Shown: positions 1 to 9,180 of the stretch, in pieces
Position numbering within the stretch: position 1 is the first letter of the stretch
Layout: each line of letters opens with the position of its first letter
DNA from: a bacterium
Lineage (GTDB): Bacteria > Hinthialibacterota > Hinthialibacteria > Hinthialibacterales > Hinthialibacteraceae
Reading direction: 5' to 3'
NCBI GenBank assembly: GCA_963663405.2
Contig: CAXXSM010000100.1
Span: 6,351-70,350 of the forward strand
DNA length: 64,000 nucleotides
Translations under genes and position numbers: made by a program
The notes under the pieces: generated by a model
What the model was told of the DNA's origin: nothing
Database searches by the model: none
Seen by the model: only the letters and a program-made list of their open reading frames with translations

Positions 1-1
1 C

Positions 2-934
2 GATGATGCTAAATGCCGCCACGGAGTTAAACCGACCTACAAAAAGAAAAAGGGTTTTCAACCGCTGCAAATGAACTGGGGGCGATTGATTGTTGATGCG
101 GTCTTTCGCGGTGGAAACAAACACTCCAACCATGGTAACACAGTACAACAGATGATTCGCCACATGGTCACCAAAATCCGCAAACAATATCGACAGGATG
201 TTCCCATCATTATCCGTATGGACAGCGGGTTTTTCGATCAGAAGATTTTCAATTTCTGTGAAGAATTGAAAATTGGCTATGTCTGCGGTGGGAAGCTGTA
301 TAAAGATATCAAGTCCTTTGCCGTGGCTTCTACAGACGAAACATGGACCCGTTATTGTTCCGGCAAAAAAGACTATTGGGAGTATATTGAGTTTGGAAGT
401 AAACGGGGCAAAACCTGGGACCGGTTCAGAAGAGCTATCTATTGCAGACTGATCAATGATGGCGATCAGATCTATCTGCCTGGATGCCGGCCCGATACGA
501 TTATCATCACCAATATTGGCCAAGGTCAGCAAATCGATACATTGCTCAAAAAAATTGGAGCTGAAGACTATTTGAAAGCAGACGGCATTGTTGCCTGCTA
601 CCATGAACGTGGCAGTGACGAGCTGGCAAACCGGGCCTTGAAAGACTTCGGCCATGAGCAGTTGCCATTCAAGAAGTTCAACCCCAATGCAGCTTGGTAT
701 TATTCGATGTTGCTGGGTCATTTTTTGATGGAAACCTTTAAAGAAGATGTTGGTACCCCGGTCTTATCGGTTGGTGCTTATGCAACCACGGTTCGCAGAA
801 AATTGATAGACATTGCCGGCAAGATCGTCTCTCATAGTGAGAAAATCATACTCAAGGTTTCTGCCGTTTGTTTTGAAGGTCTTCGCCTGCCGGAGCTTTT
901 TAAACGCTGCCAATATGCGCCGGCTATAACTTAA
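2..934 (+). CDS. IS1380-family-like DDE transposase, 3' part (5' end lies outside the window)
   Basis: The frame of ORF 71..934 stays open back to base 2 (..HGVKPTYKKKKGFQPLQ-MNWG..). IIIRMDSGFF and later acidic motifs resemble IS1380/IS4-type DDE transposases. Confidence 0.55.
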   Translation, partial: DDAKCRHGVKPTYKKKKGFQPLQMNWGRLIVDAVFRGGNKHSNHGNTVQQMIRHMVTKIRKQYRQDVPIIIRMDSGFFDQKIFNFCEELKIGYVCGGKLYKDIKSFAVASTDETWTRYCSGKKDYWEYIEFGSKRGKTWDRFRRAIYCRLINDGDQIYLPGCRPDTIIITNIGQGQQIDTLLKKIGAEDYLKADGIVACYHERGSDELANRALKDFGHEQLPFKKFNPNAAWYYSMLLGHFLMETFKEDVGTPVLSVGAYATTVRRKLIDIAGKIVSHSEKIILKVSAVCFEGLRLPELFKRCQYAPAIT

Positions 935-1073
935 CGCTGGCTGTAACATAAAATTAATCACATAAATCGTATGGTGAGGTGCGCAAAATATCTGAGACAT
1001 TTGACCCAATCGCGTTAAAAATCGTTTGCATTGCTGATTAGAGAGAAATGTCTCGCTCGATAGCAAGGTCTCT

Positions 1074-1259
1074 TCACTTTTTGCCTCTCGCCGACAGGAC
1101 TTTTTGTTGTTCAAACACAAAACCGCTCAGTTTAGGTAAAATCAATTTCTTTCCAGCGGGGAAAAGGAAAATTGCAACTATTGCAGAGACAAAGGCAGAT
1201 GCACAGACAACGGGATCTCCAAAATTCTTAAAAAATTCCATTAACCAATCCATCATCAT
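1074..1259 (-). CDS. Small hydrophobic protein (61 aa), function unknown
   Basis: GAGG lies a few nt upstream of the ATG cluster. One clear hydrophobic helix (VVCASAFVSAIVAIFLF). No family recognised. Confidence 0.25.
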   Translation of the reverse strand: MMMDWLMEFFKNFGDPVVCASAFVSAIVAIFLFPAGKKLILPKLSGFVFEQQKVLSARGKK

Positions 1260-1303
1260 AACCTCTGTTTTATTTATTGTTTTTCCTTAAACAACATAAC
1301 GTT

Positions 1304-1412
1304 CTGCGTGACCGGACGGGAAAACGATCTCGACCTATTAGAAAGACACGTTCAATGATAACTGTGCAAAAGTTAAAAATGGCATCGTTTTCCCGGTCCG
1401 CTGTCTACGCAG
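1304..1412. repeat. Long imperfect inverted repeat / hairpin
   Basis: Left arm CTGCGTGACCGGACGGGAAAACGAT (1304-1328); right arm ATCGTTTTCCCGGTCCGCTGTCTACGCAG (1384-1412). The core is 12 bp perfect (CGGGAAAACGAT/ATCGTTTTCCCG) and CTGCG/CGCAG closes the stem. Confidence 0.6.
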
Positions 1413-1428
1413 TTGTTGTGTGCAATTT

Positions 1429-2133
1429 TCATTTTTTAGCCGATCTATTTTTGTCCCAATCCAGAGTTCGAGCTTTTGCAATTTTTAATTGATTTAGATT
1501 TAAAAATCTCTTTGTCTTTGTAATCATTTCTATGGACCGATGTAAACCGTTCTGAAATGCTAATTCGAACCATACATAGCTTTCCAGAAAATCCTGTTTT
1601 ACACCAGCCCCTTGGTAATACATCATACCTAAGTTATGTTGAGCACCTGGTTCATTTTGTTCGGCAGCTTTTTGATACCATTCAATGGCTTTCTGGTAAT
1701 CCTGATCTAAACCAATCCCATCCTTATACATACAACCCAGATTTAATTGGGCTGGAGCAAAGCCCTGATTGGCTGCTTTCAAATAAAACGCTACAGCTTT
1801 TCTTGTGTTTTTTGTTGTGCCTTGCCCTATCAAGTACATCTCACCAACTATATTTTGCGCCATAGAAAGGCCCTGCAAGGCTGATTTATAATACCAACCG
1901 AAGGCATTTTCATAACTCTGCTCAATGCCGTCACCATTTGCGTGCATAACTCCCAGTGTATACTGGGCATATGCATCTCCGCTTTCTGCTAATGGAATAA
2001 TTTCTTGAAGTGCATTTTGAAACTGCCCCTGTTGTATCTTTATCTCATAGCTTTTTAAATCATTTCCCGAAGTTTTCACGGAAAAAAATACTATGATCAG
2101 CAGTACCATTACCTTGTTTGCTAATTTAACCAT
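1429..2133 (-). CDS. Sel1-repeat (SLR/TPR-like) protein with signal peptide
   Basis: Repeated A.AQ..LG.MY..G.G...D...A..WY.KAA units. The N-terminus MVKLANKVMVLLIIVFF looks like a signal peptide. The ORF track start is 2157; the internal ATG at 2133 has a better RBS. Confidence 0.8.
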   Translation of the reverse strand: MVKLANKVMVLLIIVFFSVKTSGNDLKSYEIKIQQGQFQNALQEIIPLAESGDAYAQYTLGVMHANGDGIEQSYENAFGWYYKSALQGLSMAQNIVGEMYLIGQGTTKNTRKAVAFYLKAANQGFAPAQLNLGCMYKDGIGLDQDYQKAIEWYQKAAEQNEPGAQHNLGMMYYQGAGVKQDFLESYVWFELAFQNGLHRSIEMITKTKRFLNLNQLKIAKARTLDWDKNRSAKK

Positions 2134-2252
2134 TTGGCTACCTTTTGTGGCACACAACGTTTCGCATCACCGGCAACAAAAAGCAGAGCGAGGAACGAGC
2201 GGCGCTTTTTGGTGTCCGAGTGTATGAGCTTGTTGGCTTTCTTTGGTTATAT

Positions 2253-3200
2253 TTATTGTCTTACTCCAGGCCAATTGTTGAGTATTATCTCTGGAGTGAT
2301 CCATCTTGTATCCGCAGAGCAGGCTGCTGCGAGCCAATTTGCCTGTGGCAAATATGGCCGGATTTTCGAGCCAGAATTTTTTCGAGCCTCAACATCGTCA
2401 ACACTCCAACCGTCTCTATATTGAGTCAAAATCCATTTGACTCTTTCCCAAAGAGCCAATAGTGCCTCTTTTTGAATGATTCTTATATTACCTGCCCCGG
2501 CCTCTGCTTCTGGAGCAATTGTAGCTAGATGAGATACAATTGTACCCAACACGGTATATCCCAGGGAATGATACTCACTGTAAGCTCTATTGTATTGGTT
2601 ATGTGCCTGGCCTACATCTTTTGGAAATATTGATGTTTCTGGTGAGTGCTCAATTTTTGCTTCCCAAGTGACAACATATTTAATATTCCCACATGCCAAC
2701 CTCCACCGGCAGTCAGTGGCAGCTGAATGTCTTGGACGACTTGAGGAAAAAGCTAAAATACCTGCTAATTCTGTTAAGCCTTGGGAAAATTGATCATGAG
2801 TTTCGGATTGGAGTTTTTCGGTAATTTTATTGCAGTGTTTTTGAAATCGAGTTCCTCTGACGCCAAGTTTCTCGAGAAGATCATCAAATGAGCGGATAAC
2901 TAAGTCAGAATAATTTTCCGTAAAATGTTCCGTTGAGGCAGCCTGATGCCTTTCTCGATTTAATGAAGCTTTCATTCGGTTGAACCAGGATGAAATTCCT
3001 CCTCGCTGAATAGCTTCTTCTAAAATTGATAGAGCCTCGTTTTCACTCCCTTCGGATAATTTCTTGGCTGCTAGAAATTTGGACTTTGCTAAACACCAAC
3101 CGAAATACGCGCCTAATTCAATAAGGTTTTGTTCTTTAGCCCTATCGTAACAAAGTTGAAATTTGTCCGATGCAATCGAATAATTTTTTGAATGAAACAT
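2253..3200 (-). CDS. Hypothetical protein, possible PD-(D/E)xK-like core; maybe 5'-truncated
   Basis: 315-aa ORF. ..TDCRW..(x)..VVTWEAKIE.. resembles a D...ExK nuclease motif. The frame stays open about 100 nt upstream of the first ATG with no start codon. Confidence 0.5.
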   Translation of the reverse strand: MFHSKNYSIASDKFQLCYDRAKEQNLIELGAYFGWCLAKSKFLAAKKLSEGSENEALSILEEAIQRGGISSWFNRMKASLNRERHQAASTEHFTENYSDLVIRSFDDLLEKLGVRGTRFQKHCNKITEKLQSETHDQFSQGLTELAGILAFSSSRPRHSAATDCRWRLACGNIKYVVTWEAKIEHSPETSIFPKDVGQAHNQYNRAYSEYHSLGYTVLGTIVSHLATIAPEAEAGAGNIRIIQKEALLALWERVKWILTQYRDGWSVDDVEARKNSGSKIRPYLPQANWLAAACSADTRWITPEIILNNWPGVRQ

Positions 3201-3310
3201 TGCAGACCAGCCAATAATTTCATTTTTTGCTAATTCTGTATCATCTTCCTGTATCTCATCAGCAGGAGTTTCTACTTGTAAATCATTTAACTCAGAATCA
3301 AATACAATTT

Positions 3311-3871
3311 ATGAATAAAATTGATTTTTATTCGATCGAACGATTTAAACATGTACAATTGCGAGACGAAACTTATCACATGTTAACGAATCCAGAGCAT
3401 TATATGATTTCTCATAAATGCTATATTGTGAGGCTGAATAGGTTTTTGTTTGAAGACGCATACAGCGGTAAAATTATTTCTTACAAATTAAAATATATGA
3501 GAGAAATAACCAACGCTCGAGAAGAATCATATGTAACTTCAGCTCTGTATGATCATACAGAATCTCAATCTTCAGAAATGTTAGTAAAGGACTTATTAAA
3601 AAGACTATTAATTTCTATTAATTCTATCCCTGATCCAAAAGAAAAATTTTTATTTTTTATGCATAAATATGTTTGTATGAGTAAAAAGGAATGTATGGAC
3701 CTGTTGCATATATCGGAAGAGAAAGAATTTAGAGAAATGATTGCTCATGCAAATACGATCCTTCGTCTCAAACTTGAATCGATCAATAATGATCTTCAAA
3801 CAAAAGAGTACCTTCTAAAATCTGATATTTTTGTGGATTCTCATCCGGATTCGCCGGCTGAAAAGGATTAG
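3311..3871 (+). CDS. Hypothetical protein with C-terminal sigma-70 region-4-like HTH
   Basis: The C-terminus ..IPDPKEKFLFFMHKYVCMSKKECMDLLHISEEKEFREMIAHANTILRLKL fits the region-4 pattern (Lp...r.vf.....s..E.a..l.is...v......A...Lr..L). ATG at 3311 chosen over the track start 3227. Confidence 0.4.
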   Translation: MNKIDFYSIERFKHVQLRDETYHMLTNPEHYMISHKCYIVRLNRFLFEDAYSGKIISYKLKYMREITNAREESYVTSALYDHTESQSSEMLVKDLLKRLLISINSIPDPKEKFLFFMHKYVCMSKKECMDLLHISEEKEFREMIAHANTILRLKLESINNDLQTKEYLLKSDIFVDSHPDSPAEKD

Positions 3872-3879
3872 GTGAGATT

Positions 3880-4287
3880 ATGAGAGATATTTATGAAGAA
3901 ATTCTTGCTGATATTGAGAACCAAAACCTAGACAAAGTGTTAGATTTTTTTCATGATGAAATCTACACTTGCTTGGAGATTCATTCCCTGACAGATCGGT
4001 GCCAAGAAAGGATCGACGAAACTCAGATAAAGGAATGGATCAACAAAAAACAAACGAAAACAGAATTTCTGGATTTTCTTAGTTTACTTGCAAAGTCTCC
4101 CAAAAATATGAAAATCCTCGTTGACTATTTGAATTCCGATGACTTTTTATTTGATTTCTACTCCCGTCCACAGGAATACATTCAATTCATTCTTTATATC
4201 CGTGGCCACAAATTTCGCGAATTTGAACTTAAAAAGGGATCTTCTATATCTTTTCTCCAATTCGTCCCGGTGATCTTTGTGAATTAA
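3880..4287 (+). CDS. Hypothetical protein; probably continues to 4511 after a frameshift at an A5 run (about 4231-4235)
   Basis: ORF 3880..4287. The adjacent frame opens at 4233 (KGIFYIFSPIRPGDLCELKDNEGEVIWSG...) and runs into ORF 4305..4511. Confidence 0.4.
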   Translation: MRDIYEEILADIENQNLDKVLDFFHDEIYTCLEIHSLTDRCQERIDETQIKEWINKKQTKTEFLDFLSLLAKSPKNMKILVDYLNSDDFLFDFYSRPQEYIQFILYIRGHKFREFELKKGSSISFLQFVPVIFVN

Positions 4288-4665
4288 AAGATAATGAAGG
4301 AGAAGTGATTTGGAGTGGCCAAGCGCCCGGAAACCAAACAACTCATACAGATGAAAACATCCGTATGTCCGCTAAAACATCTTACGATAAAGATATCGAT
4401 AATGATTTTATCTCTATGTATAAAGAAAAGATATCCGATATTCCTTTAGTTTTAGAATTTAGAAAATCGAATATTGATTCTTCCCCTTATCTTTTCCTAT
4501 CTCACCAGTAATCGTCGTTCTTTTATGGAGATTAACCATGGAGATAGATCATCTTTCGCATATTGCCCATGTTTATGCGCCAGTTATTTTACTGGATGGA
4601 AATGATCATGTAGTGGGTTCATTCCTCGCTCATTCATTGTTGTTTGTAAATGGTCATCATCGAAA

Positions 4666-5166
4666 GTGTCGATTAATTGGCTCGATCTTGATTCAAGCCC
4701 TTCATCTATCCGTTCTGACACAGTTAGTAATACAAATGAAAAAATCCTACCTTATGTGCTCACCTTTCTAGAACCCTTGATAAACAAAAAGAAAGAATAC
4801 CCTTGTTTTACGATCGAACAAAAACTGACCGACTCGGAAACAGCGATTAGAAAGGAGAAATTTTCATTAGAGGATCTATCCGCTGGGATAGCGATTACCA
4901 TCGGTTTGCTTTCTTCGGCGCTCAAAATTCCTCTTTCTCAAAATTTTTTTTCGACAGGTTGCATAATAGACAATCAAGGACACATCGGGATCGTGTCTCA
5001 CATCTCCCAGAAGTGCAAATGCGCTTTACACGATCATGCCAAAAGCTGGAAAACCATTTTAATCCCAAACGAGCGAGCAACACCATCATCTGCAAACTCG
5101 AGTTATCCTTCTGACTATATTGATATCCTAGAAGAATATCAAAATGTAGAAGAAATGTTTTCATAA
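4666..5166 (+). CDS. Lon-protease (S16) catalytic-domain-like protein; N-terminal part probably in ORF 4538.. in another frame
   Basis: EDLSAGIAITIGLLSSALKIPLSQNFFSTGCIIDNQGHIGIVSHISQKCKCA...ILIPNE aligns motif-for-motif with the Lon C-terminal domain (PSAGIA..L.S......P......TGEI...G.V..IGG...K..AA...LIP.EN), including the Ser and Lys positions. Confidence 0.55.
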   Translation: MSINWLDLDSSPSSIRSDTVSNTNEKILPYVLTFLEPLINKKKEYPCFTIEQKLTDSETAIRKEKFSLEDLSAGIAITIGLLSSALKIPLSQNFFSTGCIIDNQGHIGIVSHISQKCKCALHDHAKSWKTILIPNERATPSSANSSYPSDYIDILEEYQNVEEMFS

Positions 5167-5532
5167 AAAAAAACATATCTGTATAATAAAATATCAGATA
5201 TAGCGAAACATGGAATTATATCCTCGATAAGGAAGAATTACTGATTTGGCTTTTTAAGGAAAATGGTTATAACTTGGCACAAAATTAAACTTACTTTTAG
5301 ATCCCATCCTAGGTAAATCACTAAAACAAAATGCCGAAAAATGCGATTGCAAGATATGAAGATATTGTATTACAATATACTACAAAAAAGAAGTGAAGAA
5401 ATTCATTTGGTGGATGGATTTAATCCTTGGTAATCTAGAGATCTCTCCACGAATTCCAAATTCGTTAATCAATTTGATACTCCATGTTTTTTATGATACT
5501 GAGTTGAAGGAACATGAAGATATTGTATTATT

Positions 5533-5949
5533 ATGGTGGGAACATCGGATCGAGATATAAAAATCCAAATACCATATATGATCTTTTCAAAATTTTACGC
5601 GCAATACCTGTTAACCCTTTTTAAACAAATCTATGAGCGATATGAACCGAAATCTTTTACCATACGAAATATGCTTGTCTCCTTGAGTGAGAATAACCAA
5701 TATAGAGAATTAAGCAACGCTCTACTTATTCTTGGCCGAAAAATATCATGTGAACACGCAATCAATTATTTTAAGGACGATTTAATTCCAATATTAGAGG
5801 CTTATGTAGGAACCTTTGCAGAAATGTATAGAGCGGCCGAATTGGAATGGGAGAATTTTACCAAAAGATCTCCCCATATCAATTCAACGTCCATACCTGA
5901 GTCAGAAGAACAGGTTCAAAACTGGAATAAGAAAGTATTGTTGGGATAA
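5533..5949 (+). CDS. Hypothetical protein (same frame as the 6148.. methyltransferase ORF, separated by one TAA)
   Basis: 138-aa ORF. The stop TAA at 5947-5949 is followed by an open frame in the same phase through to 6999. Confidence 0.4.
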   Translation: MVGTSDRDIKIQIPYMIFSKFYAQYLLTLFKQIYERYEPKSFTIRNMLVSLSENNQYRELSNALLILGRKISCEHAINYFKDDLIPILEAYVGTFAEMYRAAELEWENFTKRSPHINSTSIPESEEQVQNWNKKVLLG

Positions 5950-6147
5950 ACACAGAATATATCACGATTTCATCGAGACCTTCTCTTCGTATTTATCTTT
6001 CACAAATCAAATATTTTCCTTAAGTCCCTTTTTTTTTCAAAGCAAACATGTTATCCAAAACTACATTGGTTTTATCACGAAAGAGAAAAGGCAAAGAAAA
6101 AACAAATATCTATACTCACTTGGATTTGCGATGACCAGCGACGTCCA

Positions 6148-7316
6148 TTGGTGGATTATATTGATGAATTGGTATTCAGTGAATTGCATCAAGGAATACG
6201 CTCACTGACATATCTCTTTGAGCAACTTGATGATTCAGGTACGGAAGAATTATTTAAACCGATGACACCTAAAATGCGAATACGCATTGATAGTGATTTA
6301 TCGAAGATGAGATATTATATCCCTTATAATTCTAATGAAGATAACGGAAATGTTGTTAATAATCCACTACTACTGTGGCAAGGATCAACCGATTTGTGTG
6401 AAATGTGGAGATCAAATGATTGGAATGAAAATAAATGTGAATTGTCATTTTTACCAAACTACAAAACATCAAATCCCCCCCCGAAACTTGGTATAAGTGA
6501 AATATTCTCTTGGCATAATTTTGTTGTTGAAATCGATGGCATTGAGATATTCTTCAATCAGATATTTGAATGGCCTCCCTCCATAGATTCGTTATTTTTT
6601 GTAGAGACCTTAGACAACCATTTTGCGGATAACTTATGCAATGTTAAAAATGTCTGGGATGTTGGTTGCGGTACGGGAATAATTGGAGTCTCAATTGCCA
6701 AGAAATACCAAAATGTCGAGTTATTATTGTTAAGCGATTTAGATCGTAAAAAAGGATTGTTATCTAAGTGGAATGCAAATTACAATTTAAGACAAAGATT
6801 AACACAACAAACTATAAGATACAAATTTATGACGGGAGAAGGATTGTCTTGTAACGAACAGAATCGAAGGTATGATTTATTAGTTTGTGCTCCACCTTAT
6901 TTACCGGAGAGAGATATTTCATCATACAATTGGAATAGATCGAGCGACGAGTGGCACAATTCTATTAGAAGATGTAGTGCTGAATGGTTTTCGACATAGT
7001 CAGGAAGTCGTTCTACAATTTTCAAAAATTGCTTGGCCCGAATTCATTGCGTCTCTTGAAAAATCTGGATGTGATTACAAAATGCCTAGCAGAAAAATCA
7101 GTCCCTGTTAGAATCCCTTCGATCCAACCTTATACACCAGAAGAACATGGGATCAATAGTTCTCATCCGCAATATGAAATCTTTCTTGATAATTATAGAA
7201 AATTAAGAGACTACACTATCTGGCTTGAAGATCAGAACCGAATATATCAACGAAATGAAAGAAATTTCAGATATTGGCATGATATCATAGTAGTCCAGTT
7301 ACTTAAGGGGAGATAA
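6148..7316 (+). pseudogene. HemK/PrmC-like SAM-dependent methyltransferase, apparently split over three frames
   Basis: Motif I is VWDVGCGTGIIGVSIA and motif IV is LLVCAPPYLP (an APPY variant of NPPY/DPPY). The sequence continues plausibly in frame 2 (..GTILLEDVVLNGF..EVVLQFSK) and then frame 0 (ORF 6984..7316). Confidence 0.55.
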
Positions 7317-7477
7317 AAAAATTTTTAGAATTATAACATCTCAATATTTGAAATGACCAAGCCACTATTACTAACAAAGATTACATTTATGATGGAATTT
7401 AGCTATGAATTACTTCGTTTTATCGAACTGGACTATTGCTGAGAATCCGTTACACAACATGAGATGGAATACATTTT

Positions 7478-8516
7478 TCACAATTTATCAATATCTTCCC
7501 TCAATCGTTGGTCATTAAGGTGCGCATATCTCTGTGTTACTTGCAGTGTTTTATGACCCATCAATTCGCGAAGAGAATGAATTCCAACGCCCTTCTGAGC
7601 AAGGTGAGCGCCAAAGGAGTGCCGTAATCCATGAAGCCCTAGATCTTGTCGAATACCGAATCTTTCACCTGCGATCCGCCGAACTTTCTCCCACGGTTTA
7701 CGGATATCTGCACGCGCTGAGCCATCAGGATTTTTTACAACTACTCCAATACGGACGTTCTTCGGGGAACCGACGAGAGGATATCAAGCAATTTGGGATG
7801 GATTGGAACCCCTAGGAATTGTTTATTCTTCCTTGTATCGATTATGATTCTACCTGAATCAATTTTGATCTCATCCCACTTTAATCTAATGATTTCTCCT
7901 TTTCTGAATCCGCCATATCTAGCTAACGCAACAGTCAAGTATATAGGCTCACCACATTCCTTTGCTATTTCGAGCAATTTATCGCACTCGCTTTCAGTAA
8001 AAAAACGTGGCGGTTTAATCTCTAATTTTAGATGTTCGATTTTGGGAGGAGTCCAATCATTTAGGTCTTCCCAAAAATCGGAGGCTTTTTTTAGCATGGA
8101 CAGTAGAACACCGATATACATATTAATACTCCGCTTTGATAATCCACGATTAATTAAGTATGTTTGATATCCTTGTAATTGTTCCTTCCCCAATTTATTT
8201 ATTCGAATATCGCAATCGAAGTATTTTTAATATTTTCATTCGATATAATTCTTTTGATTTCGTAGGTCCATTTTTTTGATCTTCTTTCCTTTGACCATTC
8301 TAAGTATTTTTCCGCAATTTCCTCTAATATTCTTTTCGTACCAATGGTCTTTACGACTGATCCATGACTCATTTTTTTATCAAAGTCACGCTTTTTGACA
8401 AGCGCGATACGTCGATCAGATGTTTTTGTGCTTTTGTATGAACTTTTTCTAGTGAGAGGATGTGTGAATCGGATTTGCCAGTAAGGAGATCCATTACGTT
8501 TGATAAGCGTGGACAT
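7478..8516 (-). pseudogene. Tyrosine recombinase / phage integrase, broken into three frames
   Basis: N-terminal ORF 8199..8516 (GSPYWQIRF...). Middle ORF 7741..8193 (..ARYGGFRKGEIIRLKWDEI..). The C-terminal catalytic part was read by hand in a third frame down to the stop at 7478-7480 (..HGLRHSFGAHLAQKGV..LMGHKTLQVTQRYAHL). Confidence 0.85.
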
Positions 8517-8754
8517 GTTACAAACCTCCTAATAGGATTTTACTATATGATATTTCTCAAACACTTTTTAGAAGAAAAATTGTCTGATATTTGTCTGATT
8601 CTATACGTAAAAAATGGTTGAATAGACGTTAAGTGATGTCACTAAACGGTAATTCTATTATAATAAATAAGTGCAAATAATTGAGATACTTATACTTTAA
8701 ATACTATAGGATAAGTGGGTTAAATATTCAAGAGGTAATAATAGGAACAACCGA

Positions 8755-8820
8755 CTTCTAAGCAGTGGGCCGCAGGTTCGAGTCCTGCCGGGCGTATACT
8801 GATTTTTCTGGACTTACGAA
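8755..8820 (+). repeat. tRNA-Arg(UCU) 3' fragment = att core, left copy
   Basis: 8755-8802 is identical to 23641-23688 (48 nt: CTTCTAAGCAGTGGGCCGCAGGTTCGAGTCCTGCCGGGCGTATACTGA). It contains the anticodon loop (CU-UCU-AA), the T-arm GCAGG-TTCGAGT-CCTGC and the acceptor 3' strand. Similarity continues to 8820 with 4 mismatches. No D-arm or 5' acceptor lies upstream. Confidence 0.85.
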
Positions 8821-8942
8821 TCCTCCTCCAAGTGACAAAAAATTCCAAGCTAACTCAGAGCTAACAAGTTTCTTCACTCCGTGGGCATTGCGCCTGCTTG
8901 GCGAGGATGTCGCGGGCGCGAGGAGCGCGTTCACTCTCTAAA

Positions 8943-8971
8943 CCTTGGGGAACTGGTTCCCCAGGGTTTTT
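8943..8971 (+). terminator. Rho-independent terminator-like hairpin
   Basis: CCTTGGGGAA-CTGG-TTCCCCAGGG forms a 10-bp stem (one G-U pair) followed by TTTTT. Confidence 0.6.
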
Positions 8972-9180
8972 CCTCTTTCCCCTACCACCAGCCTGGCCGT
9001 CCTCATTCTTACCAGAGAGTTGTTTCCCCCCGCCTCGGCTTCGAGGAGGGTGACGCGCTGAATCGTTGTGTGGTATAAGTTATGGTGAGTTGGTGTTGAT
9101 GGTATCTGGTTCAAAGGCGGATTACAGCCGAATAAGAAATCCAATTTTTAAATCGCGATTCAAATCACTAAGGTTAAAGC

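Larger units (their letters stand above)
3201..8754. mobile_element. AT-rich ORFan island ending in a degraded integrase next to a tRNA-Arg fragment (left boundary uncertain)
   Basis: Visibly lower GC than the flanks. All genes are on the plus strand with no recognisable housekeeping function. The integrase remnant at 7478..8516 is followed by the att-like repeat at 8755. Confidence 0.45.

Noticed and set aside
8881-9144. ORFs 8881..9078 (+) and 8938..9144 (-) in the GC-rich stretch after the left att site.
   Set aside because: They overlap each other antisense, have no RBS, and contain terminator-like hairpins (8943-8971, and CCTCG-GCTT-CGAGG near 9040). This is more likely noncoding attP-arm sequence.
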